From an uncultured bacterium (lineage in GTDB: Bacteria > Bacteroidota > Bacteroidia > Bacteroidales > CAIXTV01): a stretch of 64,000 nucleotides of DNA. A model generated the notes under the pieces. It saw only the letters and a list, made by a program, of their open reading frames with translations, made no database searches and was not told the DNA's origin. This document shows, piece by piece, positions 8,861-17,811 of the stretch (position 1 is the stretch's first letter; each line of letters starts with the position of its first letter). The translations under genes were made by a program, and so were the position numbers. The stretch covers positions 10,055-74,054 of the forward strand of contig CAIXTV010000098.1 in assembly GCA_903922465.1 (NCBI GenBank), in the 5' to 3' direction.

Positions 8861-9799
8861 ATGAATAAAATAGTAGATGCACAGGTTTCAAGTATATTTA
8901 GAACTCACGCCTCCATAAACGCTTTTAGCGGTTCATGGGCAGGGATGCAACCCATTATTAAACATGAAATACAACTCGGAGTAATAGAAAACAAGATCAT
9001 ACAGGAATTTGTAAATGCCGGATTGACAAGCAAAGGGGTAAGTGAGGATAAAAAAGCTAAATTGGGTAATATGATTACAAAATCCCTGATTATTGCCGCC
9101 TCGGTGTATGATTATGGTAGTGATAAAGAAAATAATGAGTTGATGGAAAAAGTTGATATTACAGCTTCTTCTTTTGCTCATTTATCAGAATTGGAGAAGG
9201 CAGCTCTTGCAAATGAAATTGTTGCCGCTGCAACAGATAGCATTGCTGATATGGGTACTGATTATATTATTGCCCAGTCTGATATTGATGAATTGAAAAC
9301 TTTTGTAAGCAATTATAAAATGTATATTCCCAAGCCCAAAGCTGTTATTACGGATGCTGCTGTTGCCCGTAAAAACATTAAGAAATTAGCGAAAGAAGGA
9401 TTATCTGTTTTAAAGAAAGTGGATAAATTGATGAATAATTTCCTGAATACTGATTTTCATAAGAGTTATTTCAGTGCACGAAAAATTATTTATGCTTCTA
9501 CTGCAAATAAAATATATACCTTAGAAGTTGCATGTCATATTATCAGGAAGATTTGTATTCACTTGTTCAAAATTGGCGAAACCGTTACTATTGAAAATGA
9601 TGGTACAGTTAGCTTGCAGGTAGGTTTGGCGTTTAATGCTAAGGCAACAGTGTTGGTTTGGTACACAGTGGCTGCCGGGGAAACGGTTACGATTAAACCT
9701 GATTTGATGGGGAGCCTTGACTTTAAATATGTGATAGTAAAGAATGCGGATTTATATGTGAAAGGGCATTTGGTGTTTACTATAAATAAATCTAAATAA
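8861..9799 (+). CDS. Hypothetical protein, paralogue of the 45783-46745 product (shared ~93-aa C-terminal domain)
   Basis: 312-aa ORF. The C-terminal 94 aa (9515-9796) align without gaps to the C-terminus of the 45783..46745 protein. My hand count gives 53 identical positions out of about 92. Shared stretches include KICIH.FK.GETVT, VLVWYT, TVTI.P.L.G.L and YV.VKN. There is no signal peptide. Confidence 0.7.
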   Translation: MNKIVDAQVSSIFRTHASINAFSGSWAGMQPIIKHEIQLGVIENKIIQEFVNAGLTSKGVSEDKKAKLGNMITKSLIIAASVYDYGSDKENNELMEKVDITASSFAHLSELEKAALANEIVAAATDSIADMGTDYIIAQSDIDELKTFVSNYKMYIPKPKAVITDAAVARKNIKKLAKEGLSVLKKVDKLMNNFLNTDFHKSYFSARKIIYASTANKIYTLEVACHIIRKICIHLFKIGETVTIENDGTVSLQVGLAFNAKATVLVWYTVAAGETVTIKPDLMGSLDFKYVIVKNADLYVKGHLVFTINKSK

Positions 9800-9802
9800 G
9801 AA

Positions 9803-9865
9803 GTACTTAACGTACTTAAAGTGCCTAGAGTGCCTAAAGTACTTGGAGTGCCGGGGGTACTTAAA
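9803..9865. repeat. 7 x 9-bp microrepeat (GTACTTAAA / GTGCCTAAA type) starting 4 nt after the stop of the 8861 gene
   Basis: The seven units gtacttaac gtacttaaa gtgcctaga gtgcctaaa gtacttgga gtgccgggg gtacttaaa can be read directly. Confidence 0.8.
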
Positions 9866-9937
9866 GTTAATTAGGAGGGTGGTTGAGTAGTTGTAAAACA
9901 TTTAGGTAAATAAATCAACATAAGGCATAACAAAAAA

Positions 9938-9965
9938 GCGACTAATTCAAATTAGCCGCTTTTTT
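9938..9965 (+). terminator. Rho-independent terminator candidate after the 8861 gene
   Basis: GCGaCTAAT-tcaa-ATTAGcCGC hairpin followed by TTTTTT. Confidence 0.5.
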
Positions 9966-9974
9966 AATTTATCC

Positions 9975-10034
9975 TACATTAATCCTAATATTCAGGAGGC
10001 AGCTGTTTCAGTTGAGTCAAAGTGAAAACGGGTC
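9975..10034. repeat. Direct repeat copy A: a displaced duplicate of the last ~16 codons plus 3' flank of the flxA-like gene
   Basis: 60 nt match 10688-10747 with 3 mismatches. All three are synonymous in the flxA-like reading frame: CCC/CCT Pro, ACT/ACC Thr, CTG/TTG Leu. Confidence 0.85.
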
Positions 10035-10051
10035 TGTCAGTATATCGAAAA

Positions 10052-10390
10052 CTACAAATTGCAATTTTTAATAATTCTCTTTATTTCCGCATCGGAAATC
10101 GTCTGCTGTTCACTTTTATCATAAAGTGTAACAAGAAGTATTTTTCGTGCAATAATATTCGCAATAATATTGAAGGTAATAATCCTTGCTCCGCCGCTCT
10201 TGCCTTTGTTTTTTGATTTAACTGATAAGCGGATTTTGCGAATATTACTTCCTAAATTAACCCCAATATCAGGATTTTCATTCAACTCCTTTTCAAATAA
10301 AACCAAATCCTGTGGTAAGGATATATATTTTTTCTTTAAACGCTTAAATTCCTTTTCAAACTCAGATGATACAATTATTTCAATCTTCAT
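10052..10390 (-). CDS. Type II toxin, RelE/ParE superfamily (HigB / Gp49-like)
   Basis: 112 aa. KGKSGGARIITF...LLVTLYDKSEQQTISDAEI resembles the GKSGGYRVIY...KNE..DL signature of this family. It overlaps the upstream small ORF by 11 nt. Confidence 0.75.
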   Translation of the reverse strand: MKIEIIVSSEFEKEFKRLKKKYISLPQDLVLFEKELNENPDIGVNLGSNIRKIRLSVKSKNKGKSGGARIITFNIIANIIARKILLVTLYDKSEQQTISDAEIKRIIKNCNL

Positions 10391-10595
10391 CCAGAAGTTG
10401 TTTTAGCGTTTTTGCCTTTCTCTTTCCTGAAACTATTTCCTTAACTTCCTGAAGTCCTGCTTCTATGCTTTTAGCGATATAGTTGTCTTTTGCATCAACA
10501 ACTTCAACACTTTTCACATCATTAAGGTTAGACAGAAGATGTTTCAAAAAAGGAATTGCTTGCTTGTTCTTTGGTGTAACAATTATTGTTTCCAT
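10380..10595 (-). CDS. Putative antitoxin partner of the RelE/HigB-like toxin
   Basis: 71-aa ORF immediately upstream of the toxin and overlapping it. The assignment rests on position and size only. Confidence 0.5.
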   Translation of the reverse strand: METIIVTPKNKQAIPFLKHLLSNLNDVKSVEVVDAKDNYIAKSIEAGLQEVKEIVSGKRKAKTLKQLLDED

Positions 10596-10687
10596 AAATT
10601 CATTTTTACAAAATTACAAAAAATACGCTTCATTAATATGTTTTAAAAAAAGCGGGCTGCCTAAACAACCCGCATTTTAATATATCA

Positions 10688-10747
10688 TACATTAATCCTA
10701 ATATTCAGGAGGCAGCTGTTTCAATTGAGTCAAGGTGAAAACAGGTC
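10688..10747. repeat. Direct repeat copy B (the functional 3' end of the flxA-like gene)
   Basis: See copy A. This copy is contiguous with the intact ORF 10698..11537. Confidence 0.85.
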
Positions 10748-11537
10748 CATCTTTACAAACGAACACCTTACCTACATTACATCTTCCACATTTACCGAAT
10801 CCGCATTTCATACGGTTTTCAAGGGTGGTGAAAACATTGTCGTCGGTAAAGCCAAGTTTTTCCAATACAGGGAAGGTGAATTTAATCATGATAGGAGGAC
10901 CGCAAACGATGGCAATGGTGTTTGCGCTCGAAGGGGCTACTTCGGATAGAACGGTAGGCACAAAGCCTACTTTGCCTTTCCAGTCGGGAGTTTCGCCACC
11001 CGGGTCAACGGTAGTAACGAGTTTTACATCGGGACGGTCTTCCCATTCTTTGAGTTCGTGTTTATAAACCAAATCGGCAACCGAACGGGCACCATAAACG
11101 ATGGTAATGTCTTTAAAGTTCTCGCGCAAATCGAGGCAATTCCAGATGACGCTGCGCATAGGAGGCAATGCAATACCTCCGGCAATGAATAATAAGTTCT
11201 TTCCTTTCCACTCGTCAATCGGGAAAATATTACCATAGGGACCTCTGAAACCGATGATGTCGCCTTCGTCGAGATTGGCAAGGGCTTTGGTCACACGACC
11301 CGCCTGACGGAAGGTGCATTCGATATATCCTTTGCGGGTAGGTGCAGAGGCAACACAAAAGGTAACTTCGCCTTCACCATAAATTGAATATTCGCCAAAC
11401 TGACCTGTTCTGAAAGAGAAGTTTTCAGCATCCTGTTCATTCATAAATTTGAGTCGAAAAGTCTTTACAAGAGGGGCTTCCTCCGTAATCTTTTCAATCT
11501 TCATTTTATAAGGGGCATATATATTACTCTGTTCCAT
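10698..11537 (-). CDS. FAD/NAD(P)H-binding oxidoreductase with a C-terminal [2Fe-2S] motif (FlxA / sulfhydrogenase gamma / AsrB-like)
   Basis: 279 aa with a ferredoxin-NADP-reductase-like fold (FRTGQF, LLFIAGGIALPPM). The C-terminal cysteine cluster reads CGFGKCGRCNVGKVFVCKDG. Confidence 0.8.
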   Translation of the reverse strand: MEQSNIYAPYKMKIEKITEEAPLVKTFRLKFMNEQDAENFSFRTGQFGEYSIYGEGEVTFCVASAPTRKGYIECTFRQAGRVTKALANLDEGDIIGFRGPYGNIFPIDEWKGKNLLFIAGGIALPPMRSVIWNCLDLRENFKDITIVYGARSVADLVYKHELKEWEDRPDVKLVTTVDPGGETPDWKGKVGFVPTVLSEVAPSSANTIAIVCGPPIMIKFTFPVLEKLGFTDDNVFTTLENRMKCGFGKCGRCNVGKVFVCKDGPVFTLTQLKQLPPEY

Positions 11538-11570
11538 TGTATATATTTTTTTTCAGCTTAATCTATTATT

Positions 11571-12587
11571 TTAACCTTTTGCAATTTGGGTGAGGTGTTC
11601 GGCAATGTTCATATCCGAAGGGCATGCTCTCGAACATCTTCCACAACCCACACAACCGAATTGTTTTTGTTGCTCGGGTTGATAAGAGAACTTATGATAA
11701 ATCCTCTGACGCCATCTTTGTGCTTGCTTTTCGCGTGGATTATGACCTGATGTATGCAGCGTAAACAGCTTAAATCCACATGAATCCCAACAACGGTGAC
11801 GAACGCCATCTTTTCCTTTTGTCTCATCCTGTATGTCGAAACATCCGCAGGCAGGGCAAACGAAAGCACAAGCACCACATCCTACACAACGCATAGCCTG
11901 TGTGTCCCAAATATCCGATTCGAAAAGGGTCTTCAGTTTTTCGTTGATGACTTCTTCGGTAAATTGTTGTTCGATTTTAGCAACAAGAGGGGTTTTGTCA
12001 ACAACTGCAGAATCTTTAAACAAAGCAGCATTCGCATCTAAAATGCTTTTGCCTTTTTCTGTAATGATTTCAGCATAATATTCGTTTGGTGACATTTCGG
12101 TAAGCAAAATATCGCTGCCAGAAGTATTTCCGGGGCCTCCATTTACTGAAGTACAGAAGCAAAAATCATCGGCTTTCTTACAACTAATGCTGATGATGGT
12201 AAGTTTATCCATACGAGCTTTGAAGATTTCATCCACATTGTCGGTAGTGAAAATAGCATCTAGCGGAATGAATCCAGCAGCATCGCAGGGCCGAGTTCCA
12301 AATGCAATCACTTCGGGGAATGCAGTGATATCTACGTTTTTAACAATAACATCGTCAAAGGTCTTCTCGAAATTCATTAGCTTCTCAACCTTTGGGAAAA
12401 CAAGTGATTTAGCAGATTGCTTGGTAGCAATGCAATCGAAATCCATTTCCTGCAGATTAGCAACTTTTTCGAATTCGGTGATTCCTTTTTTATTTACGGG
12501 GGCATAAACTTCTTTTCCTGAAGCATTCAGTTTTTCAACCAAAACGGTAAGAGAAGATTTATCGAGTATCTTATTAATTATTTCCAT
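11571..12587 (-). CDS. 4Fe-4S cluster protein (FlxB / sulfhydrogenase beta / AsrA-like)
   Basis: 338 aa with the cysteine motifs CVGCGACAFVCPACGC and CVGCGRCSRACP. Confidence 0.75.
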   Translation of the reverse strand: MEIINKILDKSSLTVLVEKLNASGKEVYAPVNKKGITEFEKVANLQEMDFDCIATKQSAKSLVFPKVEKLMNFEKTFDDVIVKNVDITAFPEVIAFGTRPCDAAGFIPLDAIFTTDNVDEIFKARMDKLTIISISCKKADDFCFCTSVNGGPGNTSGSDILLTEMSPNEYYAEIITEKGKSILDANAALFKDSAVVDKTPLVAKIEQQFTEEVINEKLKTLFESDIWDTQAMRCVGCGACAFVCPACGCFDIQDETKGKDGVRHRCWDSCGFKLFTLHTSGHNPREKQAQRWRQRIYHKFSYQPEQQKQFGCVGCGRCSRACPSDMNIAEHLTQIAKG

Positions 12588-12590
12588 GAT

Positions 12591-13394
12591 TTATTTAATA
12601 AAATTTTCTTTGTCAACAACAGTATAAGCAGAAAGAGCAGAGGTGAAAACTGAATTCAAACCTGCTTCTGAGTCAAATTCATCCAATACGAAATCGGAAA
12701 GCATATAGGATAGGATATTTAAAGGAATGTCAACAGGACACGACCTGTTGCATTCGCCACAATTGATACATCTTCCGGCAAGGTGCATGGCGCGCATCAT
12801 ATGCCATTCAACATTGCCATATTTATGAGAAGCAACAGGTATCCATTGAGGATTGTTGGTCTCAACATTACATTTGCCACAATAACACATCGGGCAAGAT
12901 GCACGGCACGCATAACATTTAATGCAAGGACTAAAGGCTTCCACCCAATAATCGAATCTTTCTTCGAGCGACATGGCTTGAATCTTTTCAATCAAAGCTT
13001 TATCTTCAGGTTTTAAACCTTTAGGCTGTGTTTTTGAAAACTCTTCGGCAGCTTTAAAGTCGAGTATTCCGGCACATTTACCTTCATGCGTAATTCCTAT
13101 GATGTGGATTTTCTCTTCAGTAATCTGATTTTCTGCTGACAGTTGTAATATGCTTCTTACTACATTAGGGGTAGCGGTAATGGCAACTCCCTTAGCATGC
13201 TGACAAGTATCTTTTTTCAGATATAAAGCAATATTATGAATACATGCTTCATTATAAATAAGCTTGTCAATATCCTCGGCTTTTGTAAAGAATGCCGGTC
13301 TGACTTTATTAGCCGTCCCTTTTTCAAACCCTAGCACCACCTGAACTTTATTTTCAGCAAGCAATTCTCTTGCTATTTTTTTAATTTCTTCCAT
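12591..13394 (-). CDS. Iron-sulfur protein (FlxC-like)
   Basis: 267 aa with CIKCYACRASCPMCYCGKC and CINCGECNRSCPV. It sits between the FlxB-like and MvhD-like genes. Confidence 0.7.
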   Translation of the reverse strand: MEEIKKIARELLAENKVQVVLGFEKGTANKVRPAFFTKAEDIDKLIYNEACIHNIALYLKKDTCQHAKGVAITATPNVVRSILQLSAENQITEEKIHIIGITHEGKCAGILDFKAAEEFSKTQPKGLKPEDKALIEKIQAMSLEERFDYWVEAFSPCIKCYACRASCPMCYCGKCNVETNNPQWIPVASHKYGNVEWHMMRAMHLAGRCINCGECNRSCPVDIPLNILSYMLSDFVLDEFDSEAGLNSVFTSALSAYTVVDKENFIK

Positions 13395-13397
13395 GAT

Positions 13398-13835
13398 CTA
13401 TTCTAAAATATCTTGAGTGGATAATTTATGATAACTATCGTAAGGGCCTAGTTTTATGATTTCTTCGTTAGTAGTATTCACAATATCAGCCCATTTGGAA
13501 CCTTCGGCAGCTGAAACCCAGGAGAAAACAATACGACGGGTATCAATTCCCATGAAGTCGCATAGTTTTTTAAATACAATCCATCGTCTACGGGCATAAA
13601 AATTACCCGAAGTGTAATGGCAATCGTTAGGGTGACACCCAGAAACAATAATTCCATCGGCTCCACTTGCAAAAGCTTTGGTTAATAACATATAGTCAAT
13701 TCTTCCTGTGCAAGGGAAACGAACGATTCTGACATTTGGTGAATATTTTATTCTGCTTGTTCCTGTTAAATCAGCCCCTGCATAAGTGCACCAGTTACAA
13801 ACAAAAGCAACAATTTTAGGTTGAAATTCTGACAT
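13398..13835 (-). CDS. MvhD/FlxD-type hydrogenase iron-sulfur subunit-like protein
   Basis: 145 aa. FVCNWCTYAGADLTG...FPCTGRID...SGCHPNDCHY is the typical MvhD/FlpD signature. Confidence 0.85.
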   Translation of the reverse strand: MSEFQPKIVAFVCNWCTYAGADLTGTSRIKYSPNVRIVRFPCTGRIDYMLLTKAFASGADGIIVSGCHPNDCHYTSGNFYARRRWIVFKKLCDFMGIDTRRIVFSWVSAAEGSKWADIVNTTNEEIIKLGPYDSYHKLSTQDILE

Positions 13836-13883
13836 CGTATATTTAGTTTAAATTCTAAAGTCTATAGTTTTAAAACAATAATT

Positions 13884-15884
13884 TTAACTATTTAATAATG
13901 CATCCACTTCCGAATACATTTGTTGATTAGTATAGCCATCGATATCGATAGACTTGGATTTGCAAATAGCAACACAGGTTCCACAACCCTGGCATAAGCC
14001 TGGATTAATGTAAGCAAGTGACTTTATTAAGTTTCCTGCTCTATCTTTAATGTCTTCTTTTTCGATAGCATTATATGGGCAAACCGGCTGACATAAGAAA
14101 CAACCCGTGCAGGATGAATAATCAGGAGCCGCAATTCTATCGACAAATGCGATAAGCGGTTCGCGGGTGAGTTCACTACTTGAGAACAAACAGGAGATTT
14201 TACCTGCTACACCAGAAGCAGCAGCAACCGATTCAGGAATGTCTTTTGGAGACTGACAAGCGCCAGCCAAATAAATACCAGCAGTATTGGTTTCAACAGG
14301 TTTTAGCTTGGGATGTGCTTCTGAAAAGAATCGATGTTGATCGTAAGAAACATGAAGTTTTTGAGCTAATTCTTCAGCACCCTGATTTGCAACACCCGCT
14401 GTTGCCAATACTACCATGTCGGCTTCGATTTCAACGGTTTCATGATTCATTAAGGTATCTGTCCCGATAACAATCAATTTGCCATCACGCTCATAAATGG
14501 AGGAAACTCTGCCCCTAATATATTGCGCATTGTCTTCTTCAATTGCACGACGGGTAAATTCATCATAATTCTTACCAGCAGCCCTGATATCCATATAAAA
14601 GATATAGGCTGTGCCATCATGAACTTTATGTTTATAGAGGATAGCATGTTTAGCTGTGTACATACAGCAAATTTTAGAACAATATTCAATGCCTTTAGCC
14701 GGGTCGCGTGAGCCTGCACAAGCCACAAATACAATTTTCTTAGGTTCTGCACCATCAGAAGGTCTGCGAATTGCTCCTAATGTAGGACCTGATGCTGATG
14801 CCATTCTTTCGAATTGCAAGCCATCGATTATATCTTTATGTTTCCCATATCCATATTCAGGGAAGAAGTCGGTTTTCTTAACATCAAAGCCGGTGCAAAT
14901 TGAAATAGCACCTACTGCAACTTCAATAATTTCATCTTCCTGATCGAAACGTATGGCTTTAGGTTGGCAGAATTTTTCGCAAATCTTGCATTTTCCATTC
15001 TTATAATAAGTACAGTTTAAGCGGTCAATCACAGGGACATTAGGAACTGCTTGTGGAAAAGGAACATAAATGGCAGGTCTGTTTCCCATGCCCAATTCAA
15101 ATTCATTTGGAATTTTCTTTTGAGGGCATTTGGTTGTACACATCCCGCAACCATTGCAAAGAGTTTCATCAATACTCTTAGCCTTCTTTCTGATTTTCAC
15201 ATTGAAATTCCCAACAAAACCTTCAACGCTTTCAACCTCAGCATAAGTATATAAGGTGATATTTGGATTTTGAGCCACCTCAACCATGCGAGGGGTAAGT
15301 ATGCATTGTGAGCAGTCGAGCGTTGGGAATGTTTCACTTAATTGCGACATATGTCCACCAATTGAAGGCTCACGTTCAACCATAACAACTTTATGACCAG
15401 CATTGGCAATATCCAAGGCTGCCTGAATACCGGCAACACCTCCACCAATAACCAAAGCGGTTTTGGTAACAGGAACTTTAATTGACATTAAAGCATTATT
15501 CCTTTTTACCTTTTCAACCATCATTCGGACAACATCTATTGCTTTTTGGTCTGTACGATCTCCTTTTTCATGTACCCATGAACAATGTTCACGAATATTA
15601 GCCATTTCGCATAAATAAGGATTTAATCCTGCTTCTGCGCAAGCTCTTCTGAAAGTAGGCTCATGCATACGAGGAGAGCATGCTGAAACAACAATCCCCG
15701 TAAGTTTGTGCTCTTTAATCGCATTCACCACTAGGCTTTGCCCAGGGTCGGAACACATATATTTATAATCTACACTATATGCAACTCCGGGAAATTTAGC
15801 AGCAACTTCCGATACCTTAGGGCAATCAACAGTTGCGCTGATATTTTCTCCGCAATGACAAATAAAAACTCCAATACGTGCCAT
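13884..15884 (-). CDS. hdrA: Heterodisulfide reductase subunit A-like flavoprotein
   Basis: 666 aa. The FAD motif is VIGGGVAGIQAALDIANAGHKVVMVE. There are several CxxCxxCxxxCP ferredoxin motifs and an N-terminal Cys-rich region (FICHCGENI). Confidence 0.9.
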   Translation of the reverse strand: MARIGVFICHCGENISATVDCPKVSEVAAKFPGVAYSVDYKYMCSDPGQSLVVNAIKEHKLTGIVVSACSPRMHEPTFRRACAEAGLNPYLCEMANIREHCSWVHEKGDRTDQKAIDVVRMMVEKVKRNNALMSIKVPVTKTALVIGGGVAGIQAALDIANAGHKVVMVEREPSIGGHMSQLSETFPTLDCSQCILTPRMVEVAQNPNITLYTYAEVESVEGFVGNFNVKIRKKAKSIDETLCNGCGMCTTKCPQKKIPNEFELGMGNRPAIYVPFPQAVPNVPVIDRLNCTYYKNGKCKICEKFCQPKAIRFDQEDEIIEVAVGAISICTGFDVKKTDFFPEYGYGKHKDIIDGLQFERMASASGPTLGAIRRPSDGAEPKKIVFVACAGSRDPAKGIEYCSKICCMYTAKHAILYKHKVHDGTAYIFYMDIRAAGKNYDEFTRRAIEEDNAQYIRGRVSSIYERDGKLIVIGTDTLMNHETVEIEADMVVLATAGVANQGAEELAQKLHVSYDQHRFFSEAHPKLKPVETNTAGIYLAGACQSPKDIPESVAAASGVAGKISCLFSSSELTREPLIAFVDRIAAPDYSSCTGCFLCQPVCPYNAIEKEDIKDRAGNLIKSLAYINPGLCQGCGTCVAICKSKSIDIDGYTNQQMYSEVDALLNS

Positions 15885-16792
15885 TATATTTCCTCCATTA
15901 TTTGAGTGTTTTCAACTACTACTTCTTTTTTAACATAGGGCTTGAAATTATCAAGTTTTACAGGGACAAAGTGTCTATTTAAACCTAACTTCTTCCTATC
16001 GATGCCTAAGGCAAGACCAATCGCCTGAGTAATATAAATTACTGGAGTGTCAATTTTTTTACCATTATATTTATCCATTGCTGGACGTCTCATGTCGAGA
16101 TTTGAATGACACATGGGGCAAGCAACAACTAATGCCTCAGCTCCTCTATGAGATGCATCTTCAATGATTTTGCCTGACAATCTGCCGACAGCTTCGGTAA
16201 ATGATACCGAAAAACCGGCTCCGCAACACTCTGTCTTGAAGGCCCAGTCTATAGAGTCGGCACCCAATTTCTTCATCACTACATCCATGGTCTGAGGATC
16301 TTCAGTGCGGTCGAAATTCAGTATCTTATTAGGACGAACCAACAGACAACCATAATAACAGGCTACTTTCTTGTTAATTTCAAACTTCATATTATCTTCT
16401 AATTTGTCGATAATATACTCTTCAATAAATTGAATGACATTTAAAATCCTTAAAGTTCCTTTATATTCTTTGCCAATGATTTCATTGACTTTTTTGTGCA
16501 TAGCATTATCGTGAAGCAACTCGTGTTGAGTTACAGTGAATCTGCTATAACAAGCGGCACAAGGAACCACCAATTCTGTCAAGCCTGCTTCTTCTGCTAA
16601 TGCCAGATTACGGGCAGGAAGTGATAGAGATAGTTCTTTATCCAGATTATGAGCAGCGGTAGCGCCACAACAATTCCAATCGGGAATCGAAACCAATTCA
16701 ATTCCCAATTTTTCGGCAACAGCCTGTACAGATTCGTTATATTCTCTGGAAGCTCCTTCCAGAGAACATCCGGGATAAAATCCAAGTTTCAT
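15884..16792 (-). CDS. hdrB: Heterodisulfide reductase subunit B-like (two CCG domains)
   Basis: 302 aa with CCG motifs WNCCGATAA and TECCGAGF, plus CPMCH. Its start overlaps the hdrA stop by 1 nt. Confidence 0.9.
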   Translation of the reverse strand: MKLGFYPGCSLEGASREYNESVQAVAEKLGIELVSIPDWNCCGATAAHNLDKELSLSLPARNLALAEEAGLTELVVPCAACYSRFTVTQHELLHDNAMHKKVNEIIGKEYKGTLRILNVIQFIEEYIIDKLEDNMKFEINKKVACYYGCLLVRPNKILNFDRTEDPQTMDVVMKKLGADSIDWAFKTECCGAGFSVSFTEAVGRLSGKIIEDASHRGAEALVVACPMCHSNLDMRRPAMDKYNGKKIDTPVIYITQAIGLALGIDRKKLGLNRHFVPVKLDNFKPYVKKEVVVENTQIMEEI

Positions 16793-16812
16793 TTCTTTCC
16801 TTATTTAAGGTT

Positions 16813-17418
16813 TTACTTATGCTTATTTTTCAATGTCTTTTGAAAAATCTGCTTGATATTTTTACGATCTTTAATGAGTTCGGGCAATATTTTTAATTTT
16901 CCTTTTGCAAACATAGAGGGGGCTAAAACAACATCTTGTACCATGTTTAACGACCTTGATTTATAATCTACTATTAAACCCATTTCATATAAACGGCCTG
17001 TTTTCTGAATGGAATTTAAAAAGGCTTTATGGAATCTTATAATGTTTTTAGCTGCTGGGTTTGCTTTATTTAATCGCATTGATTCGCCCCTAAGATAATC
17101 TATCATGGGTGGGATATCCACTTCCATTGGGCACCTGGCAATGCACATTTCACAGGTTAGGCAAAACCAGATGCTTTTCGAACGAAGAACTTCTTCTTCA
17201 TGTTTCGGAAAACCGGTTTGAAGTTTGCGAATTAATAAACTTGGAGGAAAATCCATGTCTGATGAAACTGGGCACCCTGCAGAACATTTTCCGCATTGAT
17301 AACACCTAGATACCTTAACACCAGTGTGTTTTTGGACTTTCCCTGCTAATGAATTGTCTTCAGTATGATGTGGATTTGACATATTTGAAAAATTTGTCAA
17401 TATTAATACTTTTTTCAA
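16813..17418 (-). CDS. hdrC: Heterodisulfide reductase subunit C-like (2x[4Fe-4S])
   Basis: 201 aa with CYQCGKCSAGCP and CEMCIARCP. The true start may be an internal Met. Confidence 0.85.
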   Translation of the reverse strand: MKKVLILTNFSNMSNPHHTEDNSLAGKVQKHTGVKVSRCYQCGKCSAGCPVSSDMDFPPSLLIRKLQTGFPKHEEEVLRSKSIWFCLTCEMCIARCPMEVDIPPMIDYLRGESMRLNKANPAAKNIIRFHKAFLNSIQKTGRLYEMGLIVDYKSRSLNMVQDVVLAPSMFAKGKLKILPELIKDRKNIKQIFQKTLKNKHK

Positions 17419-17811
17419 TGTTCAATGAAAAAAAATAAAAATAAATTCTTCACTTAAGCTATTGACAATGAGCTTTATCTTTTAAGTTTTTGATTGTTAA
17501 TCCCTTAACAGGGATAAAAAAAACTTAAACAAGCTGTTAGAAATACTTGTTAAGGTGAAGACTTATATGAAAGCTGAAAAACCTGAAATAGTCATTATGC
17601 TGAATTTCAACCAATGCAGCGAATCATCAACTAATTGTGATTACATCCTCAAAAACGAATTTTATCTTGAATTAAGCTGAATCATCAATTTTCTGAATAA
17701 TTTTATTTCTATTCTAAACTTACACAATTTATAGGATGCAGCACTTTTAATACTAAATCTGCCATGTGGTTTTTACTCAGCAACAAAAGAAATTATTCAA
17801 TGTCATTTAAC

